From: Armatimonadota bacterium
GTDB taxonomy: Bacteria; Armatimonadota; UBA10988
Assembly: GCA_016235455.1 (NCBI GenBank)
Contig: JACRKZ010000069.1
Coordinates: 27,913 to 91,912, forward strand
DNA length: 64,000 nucleotides
Reading direction: 5' to 3'
Shown here: piece by piece, positions 45,589 through 55,293 of the stretch
Numbering within the stretch: position 1 is the stretch's first letter
Layout of the letters: every line of letters begins with the position of its first letter
Made by a program: the position numbers and the translations under genes
Notes under the pieces: generated by a model
Told to the model about the DNA's origin: nothing
Seen by the model: the letters and a program-made list of their open reading frames with translations, nothing else
The model's database searches: none

Positions 45589-45617
45589 AGGATATCACCC
45601 GCCGGAACAGGGGTCAA
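45589..45617 (-). promoter_or_regulatory. Sigma70 promoter giving a leaderless DUF1015 mRNA
   Basis: TTGACC-17 nt-TATCCT ending 6 nt before ATG 45582. No SD. Confidence 0.6.
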
Positions 45618-45762
45618 ACGGGGAGGGCTCGCGTCGCTCGCGGAGTGGGGCGTGGGGGCCATGCGGCGCGGACGCGCGCTGTCTCGCTCCTCCACGCCCG
45701 ACGCCTCACCCCCCACGCCGCGACCCCGTTGGTGCTACAATCGCCGTGGAGAGCGACAGCGC

Positions 45763-47439
45763 ATGGCGGACGGCGTCGAGACGACACGGTTGGGCTATCT
45801 GGGTGGCTGCCTGGTGCGCGTGGAGCGGCCGGCTGCGGCCGTTGGCGCGGCGGTCATCGTGCCACCCTTCGCCGAGGAGAAGAAGGCTGCGCACCGCGCT
45901 GTCGTGGAGGCGGCGCGCGCGCTGGCCGGCGCCGGCTGGGACACGGCGCACCTTGACCTGCGCGGCACTGGCGACAGCGCTCTGGACCATGCCGAGGTGG
46001 ATCTGAGCCACTGGCTCGACGACCTGCGTGCTCTGGTCGACTGGCAGCGTGGTCGCTATCCAGGCCTGCCGCTGGTGCTCATCGGCCTGCGCCTGGGCGG
46101 CGCATTGGCCTATGCGCTGGCGCGCGAGGTCGAGGTCGCCCAGCTTGTGCTCTGGGAGCCGGTGGTCTCGGGCAGCAGCTACCTGCGACAGAGCCGGCAG
46201 CGCAGCCAATTGCGCGCCGAACTCACCGACGGCTCAAGCGGCCTCAAGGAGGCCGACGGCGCTTTCGATTTCGATGGGTTCGCCATCGGGCCGGCGCTCA
46301 GCGCCACGCTGGGCGAACTCGATCTGGCCGTCGGCGAGGCGCCACGAGCGGCCAGCGGCGTCATACTGCAGATCTCGGGCACGCCACGCATCAAGAAGCC
46401 GCTGGCCGATCTGGGCGAGCGGATGTCGGCCGCCGGCTGCCCGACAACGGTCGAGAACGTGGCTGTGGAGGCCTTCTGGAGCGCGATCGGCCTGGTCGAC
46501 GCGAGTCCGGTGGTGGCCGCCACGCTGGCGCATTTGCCGTCGGCCGGCAACTCCCGACCACCCGCCGAGGTCCAACTGGAGGCCAGCCTCGCGTTGACCG
46601 ACGGTCTGCGCGCCGAGGTGCGCTCGTTCGCTTCAGGCGACCAGCAGTGTCACGGCGTGCTCTACCGGCCAGCCGGGACAGCCTCGGCGGCGGCGGTGCT
46701 GCTCCACGGTTGGAGCGGCTACCGGGTCGGGCCCGGCCAACTGCTCACGCGCGGTGCGCGGGCCTTGGCGGCGGCGGGCGTGGCGGCCTACAGCTTCGAC
46801 TTCCGTGGTCGTGGCGACAGCGAGTGGCAGGTGGGCGTGGCCAGCCTGAACTCGATGATCCGTGACGCGGCGCGCGCGGTGCCGCTTGTCTGTGAATGGG
46901 TCGGGGTGGAGGACGTGCTGTTGCTGGGTCTGTGCAGCGGTGGCGAGGTGGCCATCGGCGCCAGCCTGAGCGACCCGCGCGTCACCCGGTTGGTGTTGTG
47001 GTCGGCGCCGATCTTCTCGGGCAACTTCGACTTCGCCCGGCGCGCGCGCCGGTCCAAGAAGATGCTGAGCGACTACTGGCGCAAGCTGTTTGTGGGCGAC
47101 ACCTGGGCCAAGCTGCTATCGGGTCGGCTGAACTGGAAGCTGATCCTGCGGGCCGTGGGCGGCGGTCGTAGCGCCGAGGATGCCGGTGTGGTGGACAAAG
47201 CACCGGAGACGGCGCAGCAAATGAAGGCGTTTGAGGCCTTTGGTGGAAAGCTGCTGTTCATTTACGGCGGCAACGACCCCGAGACGGCGCCGTCCCGGGA
47301 GTTCTACAGCGAGTTTGTGGAACGCGTCGGGCTGGCCCACACGTTCTGTGAAGTGGCCGGCGCCAACCACAACTTCTATGCACTGGGCTGGCACGAGCAG
47401 GTCATCGGCGACACGCTGACCTGGCTCCGCGAGGGCTGA
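45763..47439 (+). CDS. Tandem alpha/beta hydrolase (exosortase-associated hydrolase 2 + hydrolase 1 type fusion)
   Basis: Domain 1: [29 protein letters not shown]. Domain 2: [27 protein letters not shown]. Extended -10 TGCTACAAT at 45733-45741. Confidence 0.8.
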   Translation: MADGVETTRLGYLGGCLVRVERPAAAVGAAVIVPPFAEEKKAAHRAVVEAARALAGAGWDTAHLDLRGTGDSALDHAEVDLSHWLDDLRALVDWQRGRYPGLPLVLIGLRLGGALAYALAREVEVAQLVLWEPVVSGSSYLRQSRQRSQLRAELTDGSSGLKEADGAFDFDGFAIGPALSATLGELDLAVGEAPRAASGVILQISGTPRIKKPLADLGERMSAAGCPTTVENVAVEAFWSAIGLVDASPVVAATLAHLPSAGNSRPPAEVQLEASLALTDGLRAEVRSFASGDQQCHGVLYRPAGTASAAAVLLHGWSGYRVGPGQLLTRGARALAAAGVAAYSFDFRGRGDSEWQVGVASLNSMIRDAARAVPLVCEWVGVEDVLLLGLCSGGEVAIGASLSDPRVTRLVLWSAPIFSGNFDFARRARRSKKMLSDYWRKLFVGDTWAKLLSGRLNWKLILRAVGGGRSAEDAGVVDKAPETAQQMKAFEAFGGKLLFIYGGNDPETAPSREFYSEFVERVGLAHTFCEVAGANHNFYALGWHEQVIGDTLTWLREG

Positions 47440-49007
47440 TGATGATCCTGGTAACCGGCGCTACCGGCGCGATTGGCGAGAAGGTGGTCGGGCGGCTGCG
47501 AGCGGCCGGCCGCAAGGTGCGGGCGCTGGTGCGCGATGCCGAGTGCGTGCCGGCCCTGGAAGCACAGGGCGTGGCTGCTCTGGTGGGCGACATCACCCGC
47601 GAGACAGACCGCGATGCGGCGCTGGTCGGCGTGGAGGCCATCATCGCCTGCCACGGCGCTGGACGGCGCGCCGGCCTGGCGGAGATCGACGCGGTCGAGG
47701 CGCGGGCCACCATCGCGCTCATCGCCGAGGCGGCGGAGCGCGGTGTGGGGCACTTCGTGCTTGTCTCGCGCTTGGGTATGGACCGCGCCACGGGCCGTGG
47801 CTGCCGGCGGTTCGCCGCGGCGCACGAGGCGGAGCTGGCCTTGGCCGGACAGCCGGGGCTGCGCGGCACGGTGCTGCGCGCGGCGCCGCTCATGCACGGA
47901 CTGTGCGACCAGGCGGTGGTGGGCAATCCCGGGATTAGCGGGTCGTTCCTGCTGATCGGCGATGGTGCCGGCAAGGTCTCGCCTGTTTCGCCGGCCGATG
48001 TGGCGGCGTGGGCCGTGGCGGCGATGGATAAGCCCGAGGCCGCGGGCCGCACCATCGACGTGGTTGGCCCGGAGACCTACCTGTGGTCCGAGTTGCCCCA
48101 GGTGTTTGGCAACATCTATCGACGACCCGTGCGCACCTGGCATGTGCCCATGTGGTTGCTGCACGGCGTGCAGTTTGTGGTGAGCTGGCTCAGCGCCGAT
48201 GCCGCGGAGCGGCTGGGCTGGCTGGAGCGGCTGCAGACCACCGATCTGTCGGGTGATCCAACCGATGTCACCACCATCCTCGGCGGTGCGCCGGAGGATC
48301 TGCCCACCTGGTTGCGCCGCGAGGCCGGCGCGCCACCAGTGGAGGTGCCGACCACCCGCGTGCCCTCGACCACCGAGGATGCGCCGTCGCGCGCCGTGGA
48401 GCCGACCTCGGCTGAGCCCGCGCCTGAGCCCGAGCCGGCTGCGCCCGAGCGCGCCACCGAGTTGCCGCCGACCGTCGAGCCGGTCGCCGCCGAGCCAGAT
48501 GTGGAGCCGTCGCGGTTCATCGAGCCCACCTCGGACGAACCTGAGGAGTTGCCGGCGCCGACCGCGCCGATCACGCAGCCACTGGACGAGGACACCGAGC
48601 CCGAGCCGACGCCTGAGCCTGAGCCTGAGACGTCGCCGGAACCGGAGCCCGAACTCGAACCCGAACCGGCCGCCGAGCCCGAGCCCGAGCCGGAACCGGA
48701 GCCGGAACCCGAATCGGCCGCCGAGCCTGAGCCCGAGTTGGAACCCGAACCGGCCGCCGAGCCTGAGCCCGAGCCAGAACCGGAGCCCGAACCCGAACCG
48801 GCCGCCCAGCCTGAGCCGGAACCGGAGCCGGAACCCGAACCTCAGCCCGGCCCTGAGACGGAACCTGAGCCCGAATCCGACGACGACGAATGGGATCTGG
48901 CCGCGCCCGAGGACGCCGCGGCCGAGGCGAAGCCGGTGGAGAAGCGACCGCCCGTGCGTCGGCCGCGGCACGTGGACTCGCCGGTAGTGGATGCCGACCA
49001 GGACTGA
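47439..49007 (+). CDS. NmrA/atypical SDR NAD(P)-binding protein with acidic Pro-Glu repeat tail
   Basis: [34 protein letters not shown]-terminal EPEPEP low-complexity region. Confidence 0.8.
   Translation: MMILVTGATGAIGEKVVGRLRAAGRKVRALVRDAECVPALEAQGVAALVGDITRETDRDAALVGVEAIIACHGAGRRAGLAEIDAVEARATIALIAEAAERGVGHFVLVSRLGMDRATGRGCRRFAAAHEAELALAGQPGLRGTVLRAAPLMHGLCDQAVVGNPGISGSFLLIGDGAGKVSPVSPADVAAWAVAAMDKPEAAGRTIDVVGPETYLWSELPQVFGNIYRRPVRTWHVPMWLLHGVQFVVSWLSADAAERLGWLERLQTTDLSGDPTDVTTILGGAPEDLPTWLRREAGAPPVEVPTTRVPSTTEDAPSRAVEPTSAEPAPEPEPAAPERATELPPTVEPVAAEPDVEPSRFIEPTSDEPEELPAPTAPITQPLDEDTEPEPTPEPEPETSPEPEPELEPEPAAEPEPEPEPEPEPESAAEPEPELEPEPAAEPEPEPEPEPEPEPAAQPEPEPEPEPEPQPGPETEPEPESDDDEWDLAAPEDAAAEAKPVEKRPPVRRPRHVDSPVVDADQD
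48595..48875 (+). repeat. Coding low-complexity (EP)n repeat
   Basis: Degenerate GAGCCC/GAACCG hexamer array with recurring AAEPEPE units. Confidence 0.8.
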
Positions 49008-49029
49008 GCCGGTCGCCGTTGAGCCGCCT

Positions 49030-49716
49030 TCAGGCGCCGGACCAGGTGACCACCGTGGGTGCCTGCAACGCGCCGCTCAGCGCGAAGTTGTAGACCGTCA
49101 TCGCGTCGACCTGGTAGCTCTGGTCCCAGATCAGCGTTTCGCCCTGCCTGATGCGCAGGCGGACGGCACCGTGCGGCACCAGCAGCGGCTCGTTAGCGCT
49201 GGCCGCGCCATAGGCCAACGCCGCGGCCACCGGCACCGGGGATCCCGCTGCGGGCTCGACCTCGACGTCCACCGGGCCGTAGCCGGCCAGGGCATGACTG
49301 ACGCGGATGCCGGCATGATCGGCGTCGGGTGTGGTGCTACGCTGCACGGCCAGCCAGGTCACGGAGTCACCTGCCACCAGCGTATTGATCCGGCCCAGCA
49401 CCTGCAGGCAGGCATGGCGTCCTTCGGCCCAGGTCTGCGTGTAGTTGAGCACGGACAGTCCATCGGCCAGCACCTCGATGTGATGCGGACCGGGGTTGAC
49501 GTCGAACTGCCTGCTGGCTCGCTGGTAGTCCACGGCCAGTTGAGACGACTTGGCCTCGCTGAGCAGATCCTGCCCATCCACGCGCAGCGTGATGCTGGGC
49601 AGATCGGCGCACAAGTTGACCACTTGCACCCCCACCGGCTGTCGCAGGACGGCCGTGCCGCAGCCGCACAGAATCAGCAAGCTAGCCGCGGTTAGGGTTC
49701 GGCGACACCATCGCAT
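49030..49716 (-). CDS. DUF4397-like lipoprotein
   Basis: Lipobox LCGC. Two repeats VQVVNLCADLPSITL and IRVSHALAGYGPVDV...LAYG. Confidence 0.7.
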   Translation of the reverse strand: MRWCRRTLTAASLLILCGCGTAVLRQPVGVQVVNLCADLPSITLRVDGQDLLSEAKSSQLAVDYQRASRQFDVNPGPHHIEVLADGLSVLNYTQTWAEGRHACLQVLGRINTLVAGDSVTWLAVQRSTTPDADHAGIRVSHALAGYGPVDVEVEPAAGSPVPVAAALAYGAASANEPLLVPHGAVRLRIRQGETLIWDQSYQVDAMTVYNFALSGALQAPTVVTWSGA

Positions 49717-50774
49717 GAGACCTCCTCGTACGGCAGTAGCCGAACCGCGTCGGGTTCGACGGCCCAACGGGTCGTCGCCCCTCTTTCCCGCGCCGATTGG
49801 CCTCTGTTCGCCTCGCAGGCCAGCCACCGCTGACCCGCCAGGCTAACCTCATATTCGTATCTTTGCCCGATAAAAGCAATGTCCAGAATGTTGCCGACCA
49901 GGCCGGACTCGGCGGGCACGAGGCTTTCGGGCCGCACGCAGAGCAGCGCGCGGCTGCCTGGGGCCAAGTCGGTGTGGCCGCTGCCGGTAACGTGCTCGCC
50001 ATTGTCCAGGCGCACCGTCCAGGTATCGCCCACGCGCTCCGCCACCGTCGCCGGCGCCAAGTTGGCGCGGCCCAGGAACGTGGCCACGAAGGCGTTGGCG
50101 GGCTGGCTGTAGACCTCGCGCGGCGTGCCAACCTGCTGCAGCCGGCCATCGCGCAGGACCGCCAGCCGATCGGAGAGGGCCAGCGCCTCTTCCTGGTCGT
50201 GGGTCACATACAGGCTGGTCGTGGCTGCCTCGCGTTGCAGGCGGCGCAGCTCGGCGCGGGTCTCGGTACGCAGCGCGGCATCGAGGTTGGACAGCGGCTC
50301 ATCGAGCAGCAGCAGGTCCGGCTCGAGCACCATGGCGCGCGCCAGGGCCACGCGCTGCTGCTGGCCGCCGCTCAGTTCATGGACCCGGCGCTGGCCCAGG
50401 CCGCCGAGCCGCACCCGCTCCAGCGCGCGCTCCACCTTGGGTCCGATGTCGGCGCGCGCCTCGTGTCGCGCACGCAGGCCATAGGCTACGTTGCCGGCCA
50501 CTGAGAGGTGCGGGAACAGGGCGTAGCTCTGGAAGACCATGCCGATGCGGCGCTCATGGGTGGGGAGACGCGTCACGTCGCGGTCGCCGAACCACAGCCG
50601 GCCGGCGCTGGGCTGCTCGAGGCCGGCGACGATACGCAGCGTGGTCGTCTTGCCGCAGCCGCTGGGGCCCAGCAGACTGAAGAACTCGCCCTGGCCGACC
50701 GTCAGAGACACGGAATCGACCGCGGTGACCGACCCGTACTGCTTACTGAGCGATTCCAGGCGCACCTCGACCAT
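49692..50774 (-). CDS. ABC transporter ATP-binding protein (PotA/FbpC type)
   Basis: GPSGCGKTT, FQSYALFPH, LSGGQQQR, LLLDEP, VTHDQEEA, C-terminal TOBE-like domain. Confidence 0.92.
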   Translation of the reverse strand: MVEVRLESLSKQYGSVTAVDSVSLTVGQGEFFSLLGPSGCGKTTTLRIVAGLEQPSAGRLWFGDRDVTRLPTHERRIGMVFQSYALFPHLSVAGNVAYGLRARHEARADIGPKVERALERVRLGGLGQRRVHELSGGQQQRVALARAMVLEPDLLLLDEPLSNLDAALRTETRAELRRLQREAATTSLYVTHDQEEALALSDRLAVLRDGRLQQVGTPREVYSQPANAFVATFLGRANLAPATVAERVGDTWTVRLDNGEHVTGSGHTDLAPGSRALLCVRPESLVPAESGLVGNILDIAFIGQRYEYEVSLAGQRWLACEANRGQSARERGATTRWAVEPDAVRLLPYEEVSCDGVAEP

Positions 50775-50887
50775 GCCCACAGCCTTCCCCTCGCGCCGCT
50801 GCTTCACATTGCCGCGCGAGCGTCGGAAGGAATGATAGCGCGAATCTCGAATCGCATCGGGCAATCCGCCTGCGCCGGGGTGCACCT

Positions 50888-51457
50888 ATGGAGGAGCGTC
50901 GCGAGGTCGAGGCTGCGTTCGAGCAATTGCTGACCACATTGGGCCGCGAGATGGCCATGGTCGAGTCCGAATGCCTGCACGCGCTGGAGGAGCACGATCT
51001 GGCCAACCTGGACCGCACCCGCCGGCTGCTCGACCGCCTGGCCGGCATCAAGACCGGGTTGATGGCGTTGCAGCGCGGCTGGCGCGCCACCAAGGACGAT
51101 CTGGGCGATCGGCGCCGCCGCTATCTGGGCCGGCTCGATCCCGGCACGATCACCCATCGCTCGGCCTATCGCGTGCCCATCTTGCGCGCCCTGGCCCAGT
51201 ACGGTGGTCGCGCCGAGGCCGAACAGGCGCTGGCCAAGATCGAGGAGCTGATGGCCGGCGTGCTGAGCGGCGCCGACTACCAGCCGGTACCCTCGCGGCC
51301 GCAGGTGCCGCGTTGGCGCAACGCCTGCCACAGTGCCCGCCACGACATGATGAAGGAGGGTCTGCTCGACCCCGGTGCCGGTCGCGGCGCCTGGGCGCTG
51401 ACTCCGGCTGGTGCCGATGCCGCGCGCGACCTCGATCTGGAGCTGACCGAATCTTGA
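50888..51457 (+). CDS. Coiled-coil plus Mrr N-terminal winged-helix protein
   Basis: YRVPILRALAQYGG...D.......PRWRN...AR..M.KEGLL....RGAWALT matches the Mrr_N pattern. No nuclease domain. Confidence 0.7.
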   Translation: MEERREVEAAFEQLLTTLGREMAMVESECLHALEEHDLANLDRTRRLLDRLAGIKTGLMALQRGWRATKDDLGDRRRRYLGRLDPGTITHRSAYRVPILRALAQYGGRAEAEQALAKIEELMAGVLSGADYQPVPSRPQVPRWRNACHSARHDMMKEGLLDPGAGRGAWALTPAGADAARDLDLELTES

Positions 51458-53226
51458 CTGACCGGCCCGAGCTCGACTACGACCTGCTCGAGCAGCGGCA
51501 TGTGCAGGGGCTGACCGACGCGGCAGCCACGGGCCGCGTCTACACTCCCGCGCCGCTGGCGGCGTTCATGGCCAACGCTGCGCTGGACGCCTGGGCCGGC
51601 GATCTGGCCGCCATCCGCGTGGTCGATCCCGCCTGTGGCTGCGGCGCGCTGCTGGTGGCCACGGCCAAGGCTTTGCTGGCGCGCGGGCTGGCGCCCGAAA
51701 TGGTGGCCGGCCGGCTCCATGGCGCCGACCTCGATGCCGAGGCCGTGGCCATTGCCGCTGGCCGCCTGCGTGCCCTGCTGGGCGTCGATCTGTCGCTGGC
51801 GGTTGGCGACAGCCTCGAGCCGGCCACGCTGCCGGGTGCCTACGACGTGGTCATCGCCAACCCGCCCTACATCCGCCAGGAACGGCTGACCGCAGCCACC
51901 AAGGCCGCCATGCGTCGGCGCTGGGGCCATCTGCTCGATGGTACCGCCGACCTGGCCGCTGCCTTCTATGCGCTGGGCTGGGACCTGCTGGCGCCCGGCG
52001 GCGTGCATCTCTATCTCGGCACCGACAGCTGGCTCGACGTCGCCTATGCCGCGCGGCTGCGTCGTCATCTGGCCATGGCCGGCCAGTTGCGCGCCATCTG
52101 GCAGCTCGATGAGGCGGCATTCGACGACGCCGACATCCATCCCGTGGTCAGCTTGGCCGTCAAATCGCCGCCCGCACCCGACGCGGTGACCGCCTTCCGC
52201 CACCTCGACCTGCGCCGCGGCTCGGTCGAGCGCGAGACCGGCCGCGCGCAGGCCGGCCTGGCGCGCGAGGCGCACTGGGCGGGCCCGTACCTCCGCGCGC
52301 CGGCGGTCTATGGCCGCATCGTGAGCGCCGGCGTCAGTCGGCTGGTGCCGCTGGCTGAACTGGCGGAGCTGCGTCGCGGCTGGACCACCGGGGCCAACGA
52401 GTTCTTCTACCTGCGGCCGGTCGCGGTCGATGGCGACCGCGTGACGGTGCAGCTGGCCGACGGCGAGACCGCGCGGCTGCCGGCGGCGGCGCTCGGCCCG
52501 CCGGTGCTGGTCAAGGCCGGGCAGCTCGCGGTGCCTCGTTGGGACCCGGCCGACCTGCCGCATCGGCTACTGCGGCTGAACCACGAGTTGCTCGACGACG
52601 AGGATGTCCGGGCCTGGCTGGCGCGCGCCGAGCGGCTGGGCTATCCGCAACGGCCGACGCTGCGCTCGCGCGCGGTGTGGTGGGCCGCCGAGGTGCGGCC
52701 GCCGGCGACGCTGTGCCTGCCCATCGGCCACAAGCGGCGGCCGGTGCTGGGTTGGCCCAACGGCGGGCTGGTGGCCAGCGACAACTTTCTAGAGATACGG
52801 CCCTACGATGCCGACCACACGCCGGTCCTGGCCGCCAGTCTGCTGAGCGCTTTCGCGCTGCTGGCCTACGAAGCGGTGGGCCGCGCCAACTTCGGCCAGG
52901 GACTGCTCAAAACCCAGGTCTACGAGCTGGCCGAGCTGCCAGTGCTTGACCCGCGAGTGGTGCCGCCCGACGAGTGGGTCGCGCTCATGCGAAATGCGGG
53001 GAGTTTGCTAGCGCGGGCGCCGGAGATCGTCTACAACGAGGTTAGGCGGTCGGATCGCCAGGGCTTCGAGGCCGCCTGGTTGTCAGCAGCCGGTGTGGAG
53101 CTGACGGTCGGCGAACTGCACGAGGCGCTCTGCCGCACCATCTGGCGGCGCCAGTCGCGCGCCGACCAGAGTCGCGAGAGCCGGCTGAGCTACGACGACT
53201 GGCACCGCTCGGGCCAGCCGTTCTGA
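51454..53226 (+). CDS. N6-adenine DNA methyltransferase (gamma class, Eco57I/TaqI-like)
   Basis: VYTP, VVDPACGCG (motif I), GADLD, VIANPPYIRQE (motif IV), RRGWTTGANEFF target-recognition region. TTG start overlaps the upstream TGA. Confidence 0.85.
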   Translation: MTDRPELDYDLLEQRHVQGLTDAAATGRVYTPAPLAAFMANAALDAWAGDLAAIRVVDPACGCGALLVATAKALLARGLAPEMVAGRLHGADLDAEAVAIAAGRLRALLGVDLSLAVGDSLEPATLPGAYDVVIANPPYIRQERLTAATKAAMRRRWGHLLDGTADLAAAFYALGWDLLAPGGVHLYLGTDSWLDVAYAARLRRHLAMAGQLRAIWQLDEAAFDDADIHPVVSLAVKSPPAPDAVTAFRHLDLRRGSVERETGRAQAGLAREAHWAGPYLRAPAVYGRIVSAGVSRLVPLAELAELRRGWTTGANEFFYLRPVAVDGDRVTVQLADGETARLPAAALGPPVLVKAGQLAVPRWDPADLPHRLLRLNHELLDDEDVRAWLARAERLGYPQRPTLRSRAVWWAAEVRPPATLCLPIGHKRRPVLGWPNGGLVASDNFLEIRPYDADHTPVLAASLLSAFALLAYEAVGRANFGQGLLKTQVYELAELPVLDPRVVPPDEWVALMRNAGSLLARAPEIVYNEVRRSDRQGFEAAWLSAAGVELTVGELHEALCRTIWRRQSRADQSRESRLSYDDWHRSGQPF

Positions 53227-53243
53227 GCAGACGGAGGTGTCCC

Positions 53244-54323
53244 ATGTACCGTGTCGGTATCTCAGGAGTCCGGCGTTTGGGTCCGGCTCGCATGTTCGAA
53301 CTGATGGACGACTGCCAACTGGTGGCCGCCTGCGATCCCGACGCGCAAGCCCGCGGCAAGATGGCCGAGGAGCGTCCCGGCATTCGGGTCTACCGCGACC
53401 TGGATGCGATGCTGGCCAGCGGCATCGACATTGTCTATGTCAGTACGCCCATGCCGTTGCACGCCGAGCAGACGGTGACCGCGCTGCGCGCCGGCTGCCA
53501 TGTGCTGTGCGAAGTGACGCTGGGCAGCACCATCGAGCACTGTCGCGCCATCCACGACGCCGTGGTGGCGCACCCGCGGCAGAAGTTCATGATGGCCGAG
53601 AACTGCTGCTACTGGGCCTACATCCTGGCCTGGCGCGAGCTGTGGCGCAAAGGGCTGCTGGGCGAGTTCCAGTATGCCGAGGCGGACTACGTGCACGACC
53701 TGCGCAGCTGCCTGACCGGTCCTGACGGCAAGCCCACCTGGCGCGCCTCGCGGCCGGCGATCACCTACTGCAGCCACAGCCTGGGGCCGATCCTCAAGGT
53801 CATCGGGCAGCGCATCACCAGCGTGGTCTGCCTGCAGACGGGCAACGCGCTGACGCCCGATCTGCCCGAGCATCACGACATCATGGCGGCGTTGTTCACC
53901 ACCAGCGGCGGCGGCATCATCAAGCTGCTGCGCGCCCAGGCCGTGGCGCGGGAGCCGTACTATCACTGGTACAGCATCCAGGGCACGCGCGGCTGCCTGG
54001 AGACCACACGGCCACAGCACGGCCCGGTGCGCACGCACGCCTGGTTCCAGGACGTCCCGCACCTTGACGGCATGATGGCCATGCCGCTGGGCGAGAGCGT
54101 GCGCGACGCGCCGCCCGAGGCGGCCGAGGGCGGGCACGGAACCATCGAGTACCTGATGGTGCGTGACTTCGTGGACTCCATCCGCCACGACACGACGCCG
54201 CCGGTGGATATCTACACGGCGCTGGACATGACGCTGCCGGGCCTCTGCGCCGCGCAGAGCGCCGACCTGGGCGGACAGCCGGTGGCGGTGCCGGACTGGC
54301 GACCTGAGGGCCGGGCTACTTAG
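53244..54323 (+). CDS. Gfo/Idh/MocA family oxidoreductase
   Basis: GGAGG RBS, VSTPMPLH, HVLCEV, MMAENCCY, EADYVHD, YCSHSLGP and GGHG. Confidence 0.85.
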   Translation: MYRVGISGVRRLGPARMFELMDDCQLVAACDPDAQARGKMAEERPGIRVYRDLDAMLASGIDIVYVSTPMPLHAEQTVTALRAGCHVLCEVTLGSTIEHCRAIHDAVVAHPRQKFMMAENCCYWAYILAWRELWRKGLLGEFQYAEADYVHDLRSCLTGPDGKPTWRASRPAITYCSHSLGPILKVIGQRITSVVCLQTGNALTPDLPEHHDIMAALFTTSGGGIIKLLRAQAVAREPYYHWYSIQGTRGCLETTRPQHGPVRTHAWFQDVPHLDGMMAMPLGESVRDAPPEAAEGGHGTIEYLMVRDFVDSIRHDTTPPVDIYTALDMTLPGLCAAQSADLGGQPVAVPDWRPEGRAT

Positions 54324-55008
54324 CCGGCACCACCTCGCCGACGATGCGCACATCGTCGAACTCGGCGGTATCGTCGAAGCTGGCCAACCCCACGCCGCCG
54401 GCGGGGTAGGTGGTGTCCTGGGCGGTCATCAGCGGCTTGTCCAGCGCGTCCATGAAGACTCGGATGGCACCGTCGGCGCGGTGTTCGACGCGCATCGCGT
54501 GCCATCCGTCGGTCAGGCGCGGCTCCGGCCGGCGCTCGGCCTGGATGGTCACGCGCTGCTTGGCCGGGTCGGGGTCGTCACCGTTGACCTTCATGATCAC
54601 GTTGTGCGTGCTGCCATTGGAGTCGTTGCTGAGGTGCGCATAGTAGAAGTGCAGGTCATCGACATAGCCGAAGATGAGCACCACATCACGCCCGACGACC
54701 GTCGCCGCGCGCAGGCTGCGGGCGCGGACATCGAGCGTCACATCGCGCCAGACGCGGTCGCGCACCAACAGCGTCTCGGCCGGTCGGCGCACGCCAGGCC
54801 GCAGCGGCGGCGCGGTGCGCAGGGCCAGGATGTGGTTGTCCAGGCCATCCTCGCGCACCATGCGCAGTTCCCAGTTCTCGGCATGGAGCGGCTGCCAGCG
54901 CGACAGGTCACCGTCGAAGCGGTCCTCGAACGTCGCGCGCGCGGGAGCGCCATGCGCCGCCAGCAGCGCCGAGATCAGCATCACCACCACACCGACCAGC
55001 CGGATCAT
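54316..55008 (-). CDS. Secreted concanavalin/DUF1080-like beta-sandwich protein
   Basis: Signal peptide, FEDRFD...W, DVTLDV, W...RVE and GGVGLASFD....FDDVRI. Confidence 0.55.
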   Translation of the reverse strand: MIRLVGVVVMLISALLAAHGAPARATFEDRFDGDLSRWQPLHAENWELRMVREDGLDNHILALRTAPPLRPGVRRPAETLLVRDRVWRDVTLDVRARSLRAATVVGRDVVLIFGYVDDLHFYYAHLSNDSNGSTHNVIMKVNGDDPDPAKQRVTIQAERRPEPRLTDGWHAMRVEHRADGAIRVFMDALDKPLMTAQDTTYPAGGVGLASFDDTAEFDDVRIVGEVVPAK

Positions 55009-55012
55009 GGCC

Positions 55013-55270
55013 TTACTCCGCCGACGCGTCGTGGGTCAGACGCTCGAACAGCTTGGCGTAGTCGTCGTTGAGCACCAGTTTGCCACTGGCCTGGTCGGCG
55101 CGCAGCCGGCGCAGGATGGCGCGCAGCGCGCTGGCGCCGTCGGTAGCGCGGCGCAGCCGGGCTTCGAGTGACAGGCGTTCCCAGTGGAATCGGTAGCGTG
55201 CGTCGACCAGAATGAGGGCCAGCGCCACGCAGCCGGCCAGCAACGCTACGAACAGTATCCAGAACAACAT
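55013..55270 (-). CDS. Small membrane-anchored hypothetical protein
   Basis: AAGGAG RBS before MLFWILFVALL. TM helix followed by a helical region. Confidence 0.6.
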   Translation of the reverse strand: MLFWILFVALLAGCVALALILVDARYRFHWERLSLEARLRRATDGASALRAILRRLRADQASGKLVLNDDYAKLFERLTHDASAE

Positions 55271-55293
55271 GCTGTTGGGTTCTCCTTGGTCGA

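Noticed and set aside
44809-45762. N-terminal 318 aa of the 876-aa ORF
   Set aside because: It overlaps the DUF1015 gene in antisense. The real start is ATG 45763 with its own promoter. Similar over-extensions were trimmed for dhaK, the GspM-like gene and the MTase.
50888-53226. Complete restriction-modification or BREX system
   Set aside because: No endonuclease, helicase or brx/pgl partner genes are visible.
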